Origin: Promethearchaeota archaeon | GTDB taxonomy: Archaea; Asgardarchaeota; Lokiarchaeia; Sigyniarchaeales; SOKP01 | NCBI GenBank assembly: GCA_019058445.1 | Contig: JAHPZA010000001.1 | Location: forward strand, 141,439 to 205,438 | DNA length: 64,000 bases | Direction of reading: 5' to 3' | Part shown: in pieces, positions 11,211 through 21,129 of the stretch | How positions within the stretch are numbered: the first letter of the stretch is position 1 | How the letters are laid out: the number at the start of each line of letters is the position of its first letter | Notes under the pieces: generated by a model | Databases searched by the model: none | What the model was told of the DNA's origin: nothing | Seen by the model: the letters and a program-made list of their open reading frames with translations, nothing else | Made by a program: the position numbers and the translations under genes

Positions 11211-12752
11211 ATGATAAAAATGAACGAGGCAAGCGTTATTGTACCAAAAAGTGAAATTAGTGACGATTTCTTAATTAAGAATTACTGTAAGCTCATTAAA
11301 AAAGGGGAGATTGAATTTCTAGAGAAAATGGATAGTTTTGACATATATGATAAGAATTATGAAGAATTAAAGGATGAGTCTAACTATATAAAAATTGATA
11401 CTAAGAATCTTGTTAATATTTTAAATGATCTCACTATAGAAGATAAAAAAGAAGAAGAAAAAGTAAAGATTCTGAAAAAGAAAAAAATAATATTTCAGAA
11501 ACTATGGCCGAATTTTGTAAGGAGTGCTATTAAATATCTAAGAATAAAAGATACTCGAGATAAAGGTACCTTTAAATTTGATTTTGGAGTCAACAATTTA
11601 ACAAAATATTTTGAAGAATTCTCAAAATTTGAAGAAATTCTTTATGGAATTGACGAATACTATCGAGATCATTCCCTACATGTTTTTAGAGTGTATCTTT
11701 TAGGAGTATATTTAGTAAGAAAATTTTTTAAAGATTATGATCAATTGAAGATTAAAAATAAACCTTCTATAATCGGTAAAATCTTTTCTGATGAAAAAGA
11801 AGCGATTTGGTGCGTTATAGCATTATGTCATGATTTAGGATATCCATTACAGAAATTAGATGAATTAAATAAAAAACTTGTTAAAATACTCGAATTTTTT
11901 GGTACTTCAAATTTTAATCCTTTAAGATTTAGCTTACCTCTTGAAGGAACAATCTTAGACAAATTTATTTTAAAATTAATTTCGTCAAGAATCAATGACA
12001 ACTTATTGATTCAACATCAACCTAAATTTTATGCAAAATACTCTAAGGCTTATGAAAAATTGAGCCATGGAATAATGTCTTGTATCTTATTAATGAAAAA
12101 TTTAGTATATTTTAAAGAAACAGATTATGAACCTGATTTCCAAAAAGGTTTTAAATATATTAAAGAGCCTTCTACAAATAGCAACGATTTTGATGAAAGA
12201 ACTTTAGAGGATGCAAGACAATATGTAATTAGAAGAGAAATACTACGATCAATTGCTTCCCATGATAACGAAGATATTTATCATATAGAAATGAATAATT
12301 TTCCCTTTTTATTGATAATGTGTGATGAAATCCAGGAATGGAGCCGACCTGCTTCAAAAATAAGACTACTATATGCCTTAGATGAAAAAAATAGAGAGAT
12401 AATTAATATCAATGCTTTTAATGAAAATATAATAGATATCTTAATAAATTTAAATTTTGATGAAAATGATTTATTAAATTATGTTGCAAAGAAATATATG
12501 AAATTTATTCGATTATTGAGAAGTGCTGTAGATTCAGATAAACGGAAATTTAATTTTATAATGTCGATACAAAATAGGGAAGGCATAAAATACCAGTTTA
12601 TTTATGAAAGTCCTAATGAATTCTATACTGATGAAGAAAAGAAAAAAATGGAAATCTCGTATGAAGAACCAAAATGTATAAAATTTATAAATGAAAAACC
12701 AATAGAAGATTTCTCATTAAGGAATATTATTGATTTAATAAATAAAAAATGA
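11211..12752 (+). CDS. HD-superfamily metal-dependent phosphohydrolase
   Basis: RDHSLHVFRVY, LCHDLGYP, SHG, SHD and CDEIQEW motifs. Confidence 0.8.
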   Translation: MIKMNEASVIVPKSEISDDFLIKNYCKLIKKGEIEFLEKMDSFDIYDKNYEELKDESNYIKIDTKNLVNILNDLTIEDKKEEEKVKILKKKKIIFQKLWPNFVRSAIKYLRIKDTRDKGTFKFDFGVNNLTKYFEEFSKFEEILYGIDEYYRDHSLHVFRVYLLGVYLVRKFFKDYDQLKIKNKPSIIGKIFSDEKEAIWCVIALCHDLGYPLQKLDELNKKLVKILEFFGTSNFNPLRFSLPLEGTILDKFILKLISSRINDNLLIQHQPKFYAKYSKAYEKLSHGIMSCILLMKNLVYFKETDYEPDFQKGFKYIKEPSTNSNDFDERTLEDARQYVIRREILRSIASHDNEDIYHIEMNNFPFLLIMCDEIQEWSRPASKIRLLYALDEKNREIININAFNENIIDILINLNFDENDLLNYVAKKYMKFIRLLRSAVDSDKRKFNFIMSIQNREGIKYQFIYESPNEFYTDEEKKKMEISYEEPKCIKFINEKPIEDFSLRNIIDLINKK

Positions 12753-13312
12753 CAGTAAATGATTATACTGATATAAAAACTATTGAAATTAAGAAAAGGG
12801 ATTTAATATTTTCTAAAAAAACTCGTTTGTGGTGTAGATTACCATATCCAAATCATCCTTATGGATGTCCAAATTATAATAAAAATCCATTATGTCCCCC
12901 TTTTGCCGATTACATGGATTATATTAAAAAAAAATATTCTCATTTTTATTTAATTTATGCTATTTTTAAATTAAAAAGTCAAAGAGAAAGAATGCTTTCA
13001 ATCCATCCAAATTGGTCAATAAAAAAAGCTAATTGTTTGTTATATTGGCAGGGTTCTGTAAAAAAAGTCTTAAAAAACTATATTCAAAGGATTATACTAA
13101 AAAATAAAAATAGAAAAACCTATATTTTAGCATGTGGTTCTGGATTTAAATTTAGTAGTATTCATCAAAATAAAGTCTATAGTATGGAAGCTGTAGGAAT
13201 AAATGTATTAAAAACTTTAGATAATGTGGGAATAGAATACGAACTTAAACCTAAGAATAAAGTATTACTAGTTACACTATTATGTTCTCAAGAGTACCTT
13301 TTATTTTTTTAA
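12749..13312 (+). CDS. DUF2284-like Cys-rich metal-binding protein
   Basis: C..GCPNYNKNPLCPP and SMEAVGINV motifs; ATGA overlap with the HD gene. Confidence 0.72.
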   Translation: MTVNDYTDIKTIEIKKRDLIFSKKTRLWCRLPYPNHPYGCPNYNKNPLCPPFADYMDYIKKKYSHFYLIYAIFKLKSQRERMLSIHPNWSIKKANCLLYWQGSVKKVLKNYIQRIILKNKNRKTYILACGSGFKFSSIHQNKVYSMEAVGINVLKTLDNVGIEYELKPKNKVLLVTLLCSQEYLLFF

Positions 13313-14333
13313 ATTCTTCAGGTATATAATCTTTAGTTAAATCTATTTGTTTAATGTTATTGCATACTAATTTTTGAATTGGACAAATTTCATTACATAT
13401 TTTTCTTTCTAAACAATATCCACATTTTAGATTTTCTTTAAAATGCTGTAATTCTATATCTAATAACCTATTAGAAATAACTTTTCGAAGCGAATTTTTA
13501 TCATTCAGTTTCACGAAGCAATTTGAAATATTTTTAAAAGCAGTACAAGGAAATAATTTAAGATCAGATGTAATCATAAATTTATTTTTTCCAGCTTCAC
13601 ACTTAAAACAAGAATTACTAAGGTTAGAAAATGCCGATCCTATTTCGACTTTAGAGGAAGGATAATTTAATTTCACATTATTTAAAATGATAGCTAGATC
13701 TTCTTTGCTAAATACTAATTTCTCATGATTTTTTAAAGCCCTACCATGTAATATAAGGCGAAGTATCTTGACATGTTTAATATTTAGCTCATTTATTAAA
13801 TATTCTATTGTATCTTCAAGGTATTTAATATTTAAACAATTAGGGATGATATGAACTTCAGTATTGATATTTAAATCTATACATGATTTAATTGAAGTTA
13901 TAGTATTTTCAAAACCAAATGTGGTTTTTGTTAATTTAGCAAAATTTTCTTTATCAATGGTTTGAAAATTATATCTTATTGTCAAATTAGGATGATTTTT
14001 ATATCTCATTAAGATATTTTTAGGAATAGGCAAATACTCCCTATCTTTATAAATACATCCACAAGAGTAAATTTCCAGCAAAAAATCACAATTTAGAATA
14101 TAATCAATAAATTCTATAATGTTTGGATGAAGAAATGGTTCTCCTCCTGATAATTGGATAATATCAAGACCAAGTTTTTTAGCATCTTGAATAAGTTCGA
14201 TAAATTTCTTTTTTTCTATATATTTCTTCTTATAGATGGTTGAATCACTAGAACAAAAAATACAATTAAAAGGACATTTGTTAGTTATTTCAATCAACAA
14301 TTCTTTTTTCTTTTTCAATTTTGCTTTCCTCAA
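13272..14333 (-). CDS. Radical SAM protein with SPASM/twitch C-terminus
   Basis: CPFNCIFC, SGGEP, CEAG..PC..CGYC..C..CP. Confidence 0.9.
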   Translation of the reverse strand: MRKAKLKKKKELLIEITNKCPFNCIFCSSDSTIYKKKYIEKKKFIELIQDAKKLGLDIIQLSGGEPFLHPNIIEFIDYILNCDFLLEIYSCGCIYKDREYLPIPKNILMRYKNHPNLTIRYNFQTIDKENFAKLTKTTFGFENTITSIKSCIDLNINTEVHIIPNCLNIKYLEDTIEYLINELNIKHVKILRLILHGRALKNHEKLVFSKEDLAIILNNVKLNYPSSKVEIGSAFSNLSNSCFKCEAGKNKFMITSDLKLFPCTAFKNISNCFVKLNDKNSLRKVISNRLLDIELQHFKENLKCGYCLERKICNEICPIQKLVCNNIKQIDLTKDYIPEEFKKIKGTLENIIV

Positions 14334-14689
14334 CGATTCAATTCTAATATTGACTTAGATACTTTTAATCTTTTTCTATATAAAAAAATAAAAATATCTT
14401 GGTTTTTTCTCATCATCTCCTAAACTTGTTTAACTCTATATTATGCTTAAATATTAGAAATATTTTAAATCTTTTAGCTTTTCTCATTTAAAATATATTT
14501 CTTAAAAATATTTAAAATTATTGGCAATGAAATTATTCGAAATTTAATAAAATCTCATTTAATTAATAAGATTTTGATTTCAATTTAACTTATAATAAAA
14601 AAATAGATTTAACCGACAAATTTATATTATTCTCTTTTCTTAAGAATTGAGAATATTTAAAAATGCTTGTTTATAATTTAATTATGTAG

Positions 14690-15016
14690 ATGATTGCCCT
14701 TGAAAAAGAGATAATTATTATAAATTTTTTAAATGAGAAAGCTATAAATTTATTATATATTCTAGCTAAAAAATATCCAATAACTAGCGTTAATTTGAGG
14801 AATAAGGTTATTAAAAATGAAATAATGTCTATAAGTTCTTACTATAGGTATCTGGATTTCCTTTTGAAACATAAACTGATAAAAAAAGAAAAATATAGAA
14901 AGAAGACAGGGGGTTATATTTATAATATAAGTAATTTTGGTAAGTATTTCCTAGAATTAATTTTAAAATCAAACATTCCTTTTTATAATAATCTAAATCA
15001 TGATCTAAACTCATAA
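14690..15016 (+). CDS. Winged-helix DNA-binding protein (probable regulator)
   Basis: SISSYYRYLDFLLKHKLI..YNISNFG wHTH pattern; divergent from the radical SAM gene. Confidence 0.65.
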   Translation: MIALEKEIIIINFLNEKAINLLYILAKKYPITSVNLRNKVIKNEIMSISSYYRYLDFLLKHKLIKKEKYRKKTGGYIYNISNFGKYFLELILKSNIPFYNNLNHDLNS

Positions 15017-15061
15017 ACTTATAGAATAGCGGATTTTTATTTAAAAAATTTAAAGTGTTTA

Positions 15062-15502
15062 ATTCCTCAATCTTCTGATAATTAGGCTTACTATACAAAT
15101 TCAAGTTATTTCAGATATGATGCTGAGATTTTACATTCAGAAAGGATTAAAAAACAAGGAGATTACCATTCTATTATAAGTGGTTGAGTAATTATTCATA
15201 AAAGCTTAGGCGAGCAAAAATCAGACATACAAGGATTATGAGAATTAACTAAAAATATTTGCCATAATAATAACACAGCATATTATGCCTACACTACAGA
15301 TTTCACTTATCACCCTTATTGAAGAAGAATCTTTCGAGGGGACAGTTTTACCTTTTAAGAATGTGGTGCTCAAGATGCCAGAATTTACTCCAGAATTACT
15401 GGCTATTATAATGAAGTAAATAAATATAATGAGGGAAATAGAGCAGGATGGGAAGCCTGTAAAAGAGATTATATCAACGTATTACAGAGATTAAAAAAAT
15501 AA
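15062..15502 (+). pseudogene. nrdD: Degenerate copy of the nrdD 3' end (aligns to ~3345-3750)
   Basis: Translates in one frame to IPQSS..YYTNSSYFRYDA..YSRITGYYNEV.., with five internal stops (TAG, TGA x3, TAA). Confidence 0.93.
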
Positions 15503-15521
15503 GAATCATATATTTTCTTCT

Positions 15522-17726
15522 CTAATTTTTAATATAGATTTGTCCTATTCCTGATGTAAAGATTTCATAGAATGGAACTGTTAAATCATAAATATTATTA
15601 TTTTCATTATTAAATTCTATAGATTTTACTTTAGTGAAAGTATTTTTAGCAAATTTCATCCATAACTTCTCAACAACAGGAGTATTATATTTCTTTTTTA
15701 TAAGAAAACTCAATGTATCTAATAATTTTCCTTCAGATATATTCATTGTACTATTCTTTTGAGCACATCTCGCTGCGATATATGGAATTTTTCCTTTTTC
15801 AGATAACATTCTAAGAGATATAGCATAATTCTCTTTTAATTCTACATTCATTTTTTTCATCCATGGATTTAAATCGATGACTGGTTCTATATCCCTCCCA
15901 AAATGTCCAATTTCTGGAATAGATGGAATAAACTTCCTTAATATAGATAGATTTCTTTTTCCTTTTATTTCTAAATGATAAGCATTATACCAACTAGGAT
16001 GTTCTACATTATCAAATTCTCGTTTCCTAATATAAGATGAAATCCCTAAGCGTTTTAATAAAAAACTCAAACCAAAAACTAATTTGCGTGAAGATGTGTA
16101 AAAACTCACTAAAACATCTCTTCGTGGTGAGCCTTCACGTGTATATACTACTTCAGATCCGTCTCCTTCTAAATAAGCAGCGATAAAACCTTTCACACAT
16201 TCAATGGGAGCATTATATAGAAATGAAGGAATTTCCTTAAACGGTGCTTTTTCAAGTTTTAATCCTAATCCCGTTGAAAACATAGATTTAATTAGAATGG
16301 AATTACTATTGACGCTATATACAGTGTTATAATCCGCTTTATCATGTGTAGCAATATAAGGTGTATATCCAAAATTCCTTTCTATAAGAAATGCTACTTT
16401 TTCCATCTCAGTTTTATTATTTCCACAAGTGAACGTAATATGTTTCATAGAACCTTCGGAGCAGTAATGCCCTAAGATATATCCAACCTCGAAATTTTTC
16501 TCAACAAATCTAAAGGCTTTTGTTAATGCATTTTTAACATACTCAATGCCTTTCTCCACAATAATTTCTCCACAATTACTAAAGTCTAAGGGGGAATCGT
16601 CTTCATTAACATCGATGACTCGAGGCATTAGAATTGGAGTTCCTTCTTTAACGTTTTCTGCTGTAATTTGGATTATATTAAGATTTTCATCAACAGAAAG
16701 TAGCTTATGTTGTTTTGATAACGATAATATCCCATGCTTCAATGTTAAATTTAATGAAAAATCTCTATACTTTTTTTTAATTCCTTCAATGGGGATTTTT
16801 TTTAATTCAAAATTCTCGTCCAATCCAAAGATATAAGAGTTTTTATAATTTTCTATTTCTTTAATTTCTATTAGATTATATGAATTTGTATTTAAATCGA
16901 ACAATAGAACGAGCTCGTTTTGCTGCATTTTAGAAAAAAGATTCTCTTCAATGGGGGTTCGTTCCTTCTCATACACATCATTAATTCGCTGAAGTTTATC
17001 TTCTTGGATAATTTCTTCATCAAAGAATACTTGATTATTTATTTCTTTTTCTTTAATATTCACACTCGTTTCTAATCCAAAAAATTGGATTAAATCTTTT
17101 CGAATTACTTTTTCGAGGTTAAATAATCCCTCCTCAGTATCAATTTGACTCATTATTTTAAATATTATTTCTATTATCCAACACAAGTAGACAAAAAAAG
17201 CCTTGCGGTATTTCTTGTTTTTTTTAATTTTCCTTTGGTATATTTTTAGTTCTGAGAGGAATCCACTGTAGTTAGCATTTTCGAGATATTTCAAAATATT
17301 TAATATTGGTTTTTTAGTTATAATTGGAGTCAAATGAGCTTCAATTCTTTTAATTAGTTCAATGGTTAGTTCCATTTGTGAAATCGGCGTGTTTACTTCT
17401 CTCTCAAATTTTTTTAATTTAACATAACTCATTCGAGCAATAAATAGAAGATAAGTATCCTTAAATCGTTGTGAAAATTCTGGATCGTAAATAATAAGCT
17501 CTAAGGCACTATTCAACTTATCATTATTATTTTTTTTATAAATTAATTGAACTTTATCAATAGTTTCAATCGAATAATTCTTAAAGTCAATTTTTTTGCC
17601 ACATTCTGAGCAGAATATGAATTTTAAATCAATATTAGCAATATTTAAAATTGTATTCACTGTAATTAACATGCCACATTCTGGACAGTAAATATGTGTT
17701 TGTTTAAGTTTGTCTTTGCTTTTCAT
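15522..17726 (-). CDS. Zinc-ribbon protein fused to an intein-derived Hint/LAGLIDADG module with no C-extein
   Basis: CPECG..CSECG; block B SKQH; LAGLIDADG motifs YILGHYCSEGS and GFIAAYLEGDGS; IYDLTV..IYIKN followed directly by stop. Confidence 0.85.
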   Translation of the reverse strand: MKSKDKLKQTHIYCPECGMLITVNTILNIANIDLKFIFCSECGKKIDFKNYSIETIDKVQLIYKKNNNDKLNSALELIIYDPEFSQRFKDTYLLFIARMSYVKLKKFEREVNTPISQMELTIELIKRIEAHLTPIITKKPILNILKYLENANYSGFLSELKIYQRKIKKNKKYRKAFFVYLCWIIEIIFKIMSQIDTEEGLFNLEKVIRKDLIQFFGLETSVNIKEKEINNQVFFDEEIIQEDKLQRINDVYEKERTPIEENLFSKMQQNELVLLFDLNTNSYNLIEIKEIENYKNSYIFGLDENFELKKIPIEGIKKKYRDFSLNLTLKHGILSLSKQHKLLSVDENLNIIQITAENVKEGTPILMPRVIDVNEDDSPLDFSNCGEIIVEKGIEYVKNALTKAFRFVEKNFEVGYILGHYCSEGSMKHITFTCGNNKTEMEKVAFLIERNFGYTPYIATHDKADYNTVYSVNSNSILIKSMFSTGLGLKLEKAPFKEIPSFLYNAPIECVKGFIAAYLEGDGSEVVYTREGSPRRDVLVSFYTSSRKLVFGLSFLLKRLGISSYIRKREFDNVEHPSWYNAYHLEIKGKRNLSILRKFIPSIPEIGHFGRDIEPVIDLNPWMKKMNVELKENYAISLRMLSEKGKIPYIAARCAQKNSTMNISEGKLLDTLSFLIKKKYNTPVVEKLWMKFAKNTFTKVKSIEFNNENNNIYDLTVPFYEIFTSGIGQIYIKN

Positions 17727-17901
17727 ACTAATGAAATAAATTACTTATATTTAAAACAAAAAAAAGTTTTAAAATTGATTTCAATATGAGATAAAGCACG
17801 TTGGTATTAATAAAAAATTCAGAGAGTCATCAAATTTTTAGAGTTATATTTGCTCCCTAATATAAAGATTTAATTGAATCTGTAACACTTTTGATGATAT
17901 A

Positions 17902-18648
17902 ATGCGAATTGGCGGAATAATTGATATTTCTACAAAAGATATTCCAAATAAAGCATGCATGGTTATCTTTACTAATGGGTGTAATTTTAATTGCGAATTT
18001 TGTCATAACAAACATTTATTACAAAATAATCGCGGTAAAATTATAAAAGTAGAAGAGTTAATGAAACTAATAAATAATAACCTACTAGTTAATAGTTTAA
18101 GTATCACAGGGGGCGAACCGACGCTTCAGGAGGATTTAGTAGAGTTATGTAGAGAAATCACTAAGTTAGGGAAATATCTAAGTATAGATACTAACGGTTC
18201 TAGACCTGAAATCATTCAAAAAGTTATTCCATATATTAATAGAATTGCTTTAGATATAAAAGCACCGTTAAAGCAACATCAATTAGAGAGAGTTGCTAGA
18301 AAAAGTATAGACCCTACGTTAATTACTCAGACATTTCTTATGCTAAATACCAGTAAGACTATTGATTTTGAAATTAGGACCACTTATGCTGAAAACTTAT
18401 TGACACCAGGGGATATTCATGAGATAATTTTCTTTCTTAAGGAGCATAATTTTAGAGGCAATTATGTCTTACAACAATATAACTATTCTGAGGGGGTGGG
18501 TAAAGAGTTTAGAAATAAGTTTCATAAGCCGTCGCATCTTTCTTTAGTCAATATTCTTGGTTCTTATAAAAATCGCAATGTACCTTTTGAAATTTATTTA
18601 AGAGATGATATTGTTGGGTATTGCATGCTTAAAGAAATATTTAATTAA
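17902..18648 (+). CDS. nrdG: Anaerobic RNR activating protein (radical SAM)
   Basis: GCNFNCEFCHN, TGGEPT, DTNG and EIRTT motifs; near nrdD. Confidence 0.92.
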   Translation: MRIGGIIDISTKDIPNKACMVIFTNGCNFNCEFCHNKHLLQNNRGKIIKVEELMKLINNNLLVNSLSITGGEPTLQEDLVELCREITKLGKYLSIDTNGSRPEIIQKVIPYINRIALDIKAPLKQHQLERVARKSIDPTLITQTFLMLNTSKTIDFEIRTTYAENLLTPGDIHEIIFFLKEHNFRGNYVLQQYNYSEGVGKEFRNKFHKPSHLSLVNILGSYKNRNVPFEIYLRDDIVGYCMLKEIFN

Positions 18649-18749
18649 ATTGACTAAGCTAAAATGCATTTAAAAGATAACGATTAGATCGGTATTATGA
18701 ATCCCTTTTTGTATTTTTAATTTAAATATTTTTAAGATATATTGTTATT

Positions 18750-19067
18750 ATGAGTGAAACAAAATCATTAGCATCAATTCAAGAGAAAATTGATAAGTTT
18801 ATAGAGAATCATGGGGGATATTGGCCTCCTCTTTCCATGCTTAGTGCGTTAATGGAAGAGATCGGAGAATTAGCACGTGAAATAAATCATTTAGAAGGTT
18901 TTAAACCAAAAAAAACTACAGAAACGCAAATTGATATAGGGGAAGAACTTGGGGATATTCTATTTGCAATTATATGTTTAGCAAATTTCTACAATATCGA
19001 TTTACATGAAAAAATAAATGAAATTATTGACAAATACCGAAATAGAGATTCTACACGGTTTATTTAA
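18750..19067 (+). CDS. MazG-like nucleotide pyrophosphohydrolase (YpjD-like)
   Basis: EEIGELAREINH..GEELGDILF..LAN. Confidence 0.9.
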   Translation: MSETKSLASIQEKIDKFIENHGGYWPPLSMLSALMEEIGELAREINHLEGFKPKKTTETQIDIGEELGDILFAIICLANFYNIDLHEKINEIIDKYRNRDSTRFI

Positions 19068-19202
19068 GAGGAGAGAGGTAATTAAATCTTTCTTTTTATT
19101 CAATTAGGGAAGAATAGATTATAATATTTTAATTCAATAGATAATTCTAACTTTTAATCAATTAGAAATAGATAAACGGAAATATTCACATATAATAGAG
19201 AA

Positions 19203-20384
19203 ATGCTAAGAGAAGGCTTAAAGAAAAGTGAGATCATAAGATTGTTGGAAAAAAAACTATCTTTGGATTATTCTTATGAATCAGGATATATTTTAGGATC
19301 AATGTGCTCTGAGCCGATTGATTTTGGAAAAGAATTATATGTCAAATATCTCTCTAAAAATTTGGGAGATCCTGGCCTATTTCAAGGAACAGCAGCCTTG
19401 GAAAAGGAATTGATTTCTGAGATTGGAATGCTTTTTGGTGGAAAAGATATTATTGGATCGATAACTACTGGAGGAACAGAAGCAAATATAATGGCTATGC
19501 GAATAGCCAAAAAACTTCGACCTGACATTGAGAATCCTGAGTTTATAGTACCCCGTTCTGCTCACGTATCTTTTGATAAAGGGGAGGATATAATGTGTGG
19601 AGGTATAAAGCTTCGAAAGGCGAACTTGGATAAGAATTTTAAATTAGACATTCATCATTTTGAATCTCTTATAAATAAGAACACTTGTGGGGTGTTAGGA
19701 ATAGCGGGAACAACATCATTAGGGATTGTTGATCCTATAAAAGAAATAGGAAGAATTATTGAAGGAAAAGATATTTTTTTTCATGTTGATGCTGCATTTG
19801 GAGGTTTTGTTCTCCCTTTTCTAAGTGAATTAGGTTATCAAGTGCCTCCTTGGGATTTTGGTGTAAAACAAGTAAATTCTATAACAGCAGACCCCCATAA
19901 AATGGGTCTTGGACCGATACCAACAGGGGGGTTTTTTTTAAGAGATTCTTCTGTTATGAATAGGGTCGGTTTTGATATCCCTTATTTAGCAGGAGGTAAT
20001 TTCAAACATTTCCATCTTGTTGGAACTAGACTTGGAGGGCAGGTAATTGCGTTTTGGGCAATTCTTAAGTATTTAGGAATAGAGGGTTTTGTTAAAATTG
20101 TTAAGGATTGTATGGAGAATACATTTTATTTAGTAAAATTAATATCTGAGATTAAAGGAATTAAACTTGCGGCTACTCCTGAAATGAATATTTTGGGAAT
20201 TACCACTGAAAGTGGAAATAAAATAAATGAAATTGATGAGGAACTTCGAAAACGAAATTGGATGGTTGGAAAATTCATTGATTTTAATTTAATCAGAGTA
20301 GTCATCATGCCCCATGTAAATCAAAACCATTTATTAAAATTTGCTAATGAATTGGAGGATATTACAAAAAACTTAAAAATTTAA
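19203..20384 (+). CDS. mfnA: PLP-dependent tyrosine/aspartate decarboxylase
   Basis: LGSMC, NLGDPGLF, HVDAAFGG and DPHKMG motifs. Confidence 0.88.
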   Translation: MLREGLKKSEIIRLLEKKLSLDYSYESGYILGSMCSEPIDFGKELYVKYLSKNLGDPGLFQGTAALEKELISEIGMLFGGKDIIGSITTGGTEANIMAMRIAKKLRPDIENPEFIVPRSAHVSFDKGEDIMCGGIKLRKANLDKNFKLDIHHFESLINKNTCGVLGIAGTTSLGIVDPIKEIGRIIEGKDIFFHVDAAFGGFVLPFLSELGYQVPPWDFGVKQVNSITADPHKMGLGPIPTGGFFLRDSSVMNRVGFDIPYLAGGNFKHFHLVGTRLGGQVIAFWAILKYLGIEGFVKIVKDCMENTFYLVKLISEIKGIKLAATPEMNILGITTESGNKINEIDEELRKRNWMVGKFIDFNLIRVVIMPHVNQNHLLKFANELEDITKNLKI

Positions 20385-20394
20385 GTGAATTTTT

Positions 20395-21009
20395 TTAATT
20401 CTCTAAATCATCCCATGATTTTAATTCAAATGTGTTCACTTTTTTACCAATTATATTTGAAATTATATCTATTTTTTTTATTATTAATGTATCTGAAATA
20501 TTTTCCTTTTCATATATAAAAGTTAAATTATAATTACTCCAATTTTCATTATCTAGCTGTCTTATAAGACTTTTGCATTTTTTATTTATATTTTCTAACG
20601 CTTTTTCTGATAAATTAGGATTAACAATCTTATAATCTTCCACCGATAAAGGTCCACCTGAAACGATTATATTACGGGGATCGATACCAATGCTTTTTAA
20701 CTTTTTCTTTGAAGAATTAGCTGAAATTAAAATTTTCATATTATTTTTTACCAATTTTAGAAGAGTGCTTTTAATATCTTCTGAGTCCTCATATACTCTT
20801 TTATTTTCAGTACTTAAATAGGCAGAAAAGACTGGTTTGAGCTTTTGGTGAAGTGATTCTAATTTTGAGAGAAAGGTTTGATACATTGTCTCACTTAAAT
20901 TGTAATTTGGAACAATTTCTCGAATTATTACTTTGATATCAATTAAGTCATCAATTGCCGCTAAAAGTGCTTTAACTTCCTCTGAATTTAGGTTTTTCAT
21001 TTTGAACAT
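20395..21009 (-). CDS. DUF2100-like archaeal protein
   Basis: IIVSGGPLSVEDYKIVNP motif. Confidence 0.65.
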   Translation of the reverse strand: MFKMKNLNSEEVKALLAAIDDLIDIKVIIREIVPNYNLSETMYQTFLSKLESLHQKLKPVFSAYLSTENKRVYEDSEDIKSTLLKLVKNNMKILISANSSKKKLKSIGIDPRNIIVSGGPLSVEDYKIVNPNLSEKALENINKKCKSLIRQLDNENWSNYNLTFIYEKENISDTLIIKKIDIISNIIGKKVNTFELKSWDDLEN

Positions 21010-21129
21010 CCAATTATATTAACATTAGTAAGGAAAAATATTAAAAAAAGATATTTAAAGGGAAAAATTAATTTAATATTTAGTAAATAAATATTTGGCA
21101 TAATTATTTCTAAAGATTTGAATTAGAGA

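Noticed and set aside
13272-14333. Calling the island radical SAM a viperin
   Set aside because: It has a SPASM-type Cys-rich C-terminus and lacks the viperin-like CNYxCxFCF context.
15062-15502. Recoding (Sec/Pyl) of the in-frame stops in the second nrdD segment; one TGA falls at a Cys position
   Set aside because: TAA and TAG also occur in frame, other zinc-site Cys residues are lost and there is no start, so this is ordinary decay.
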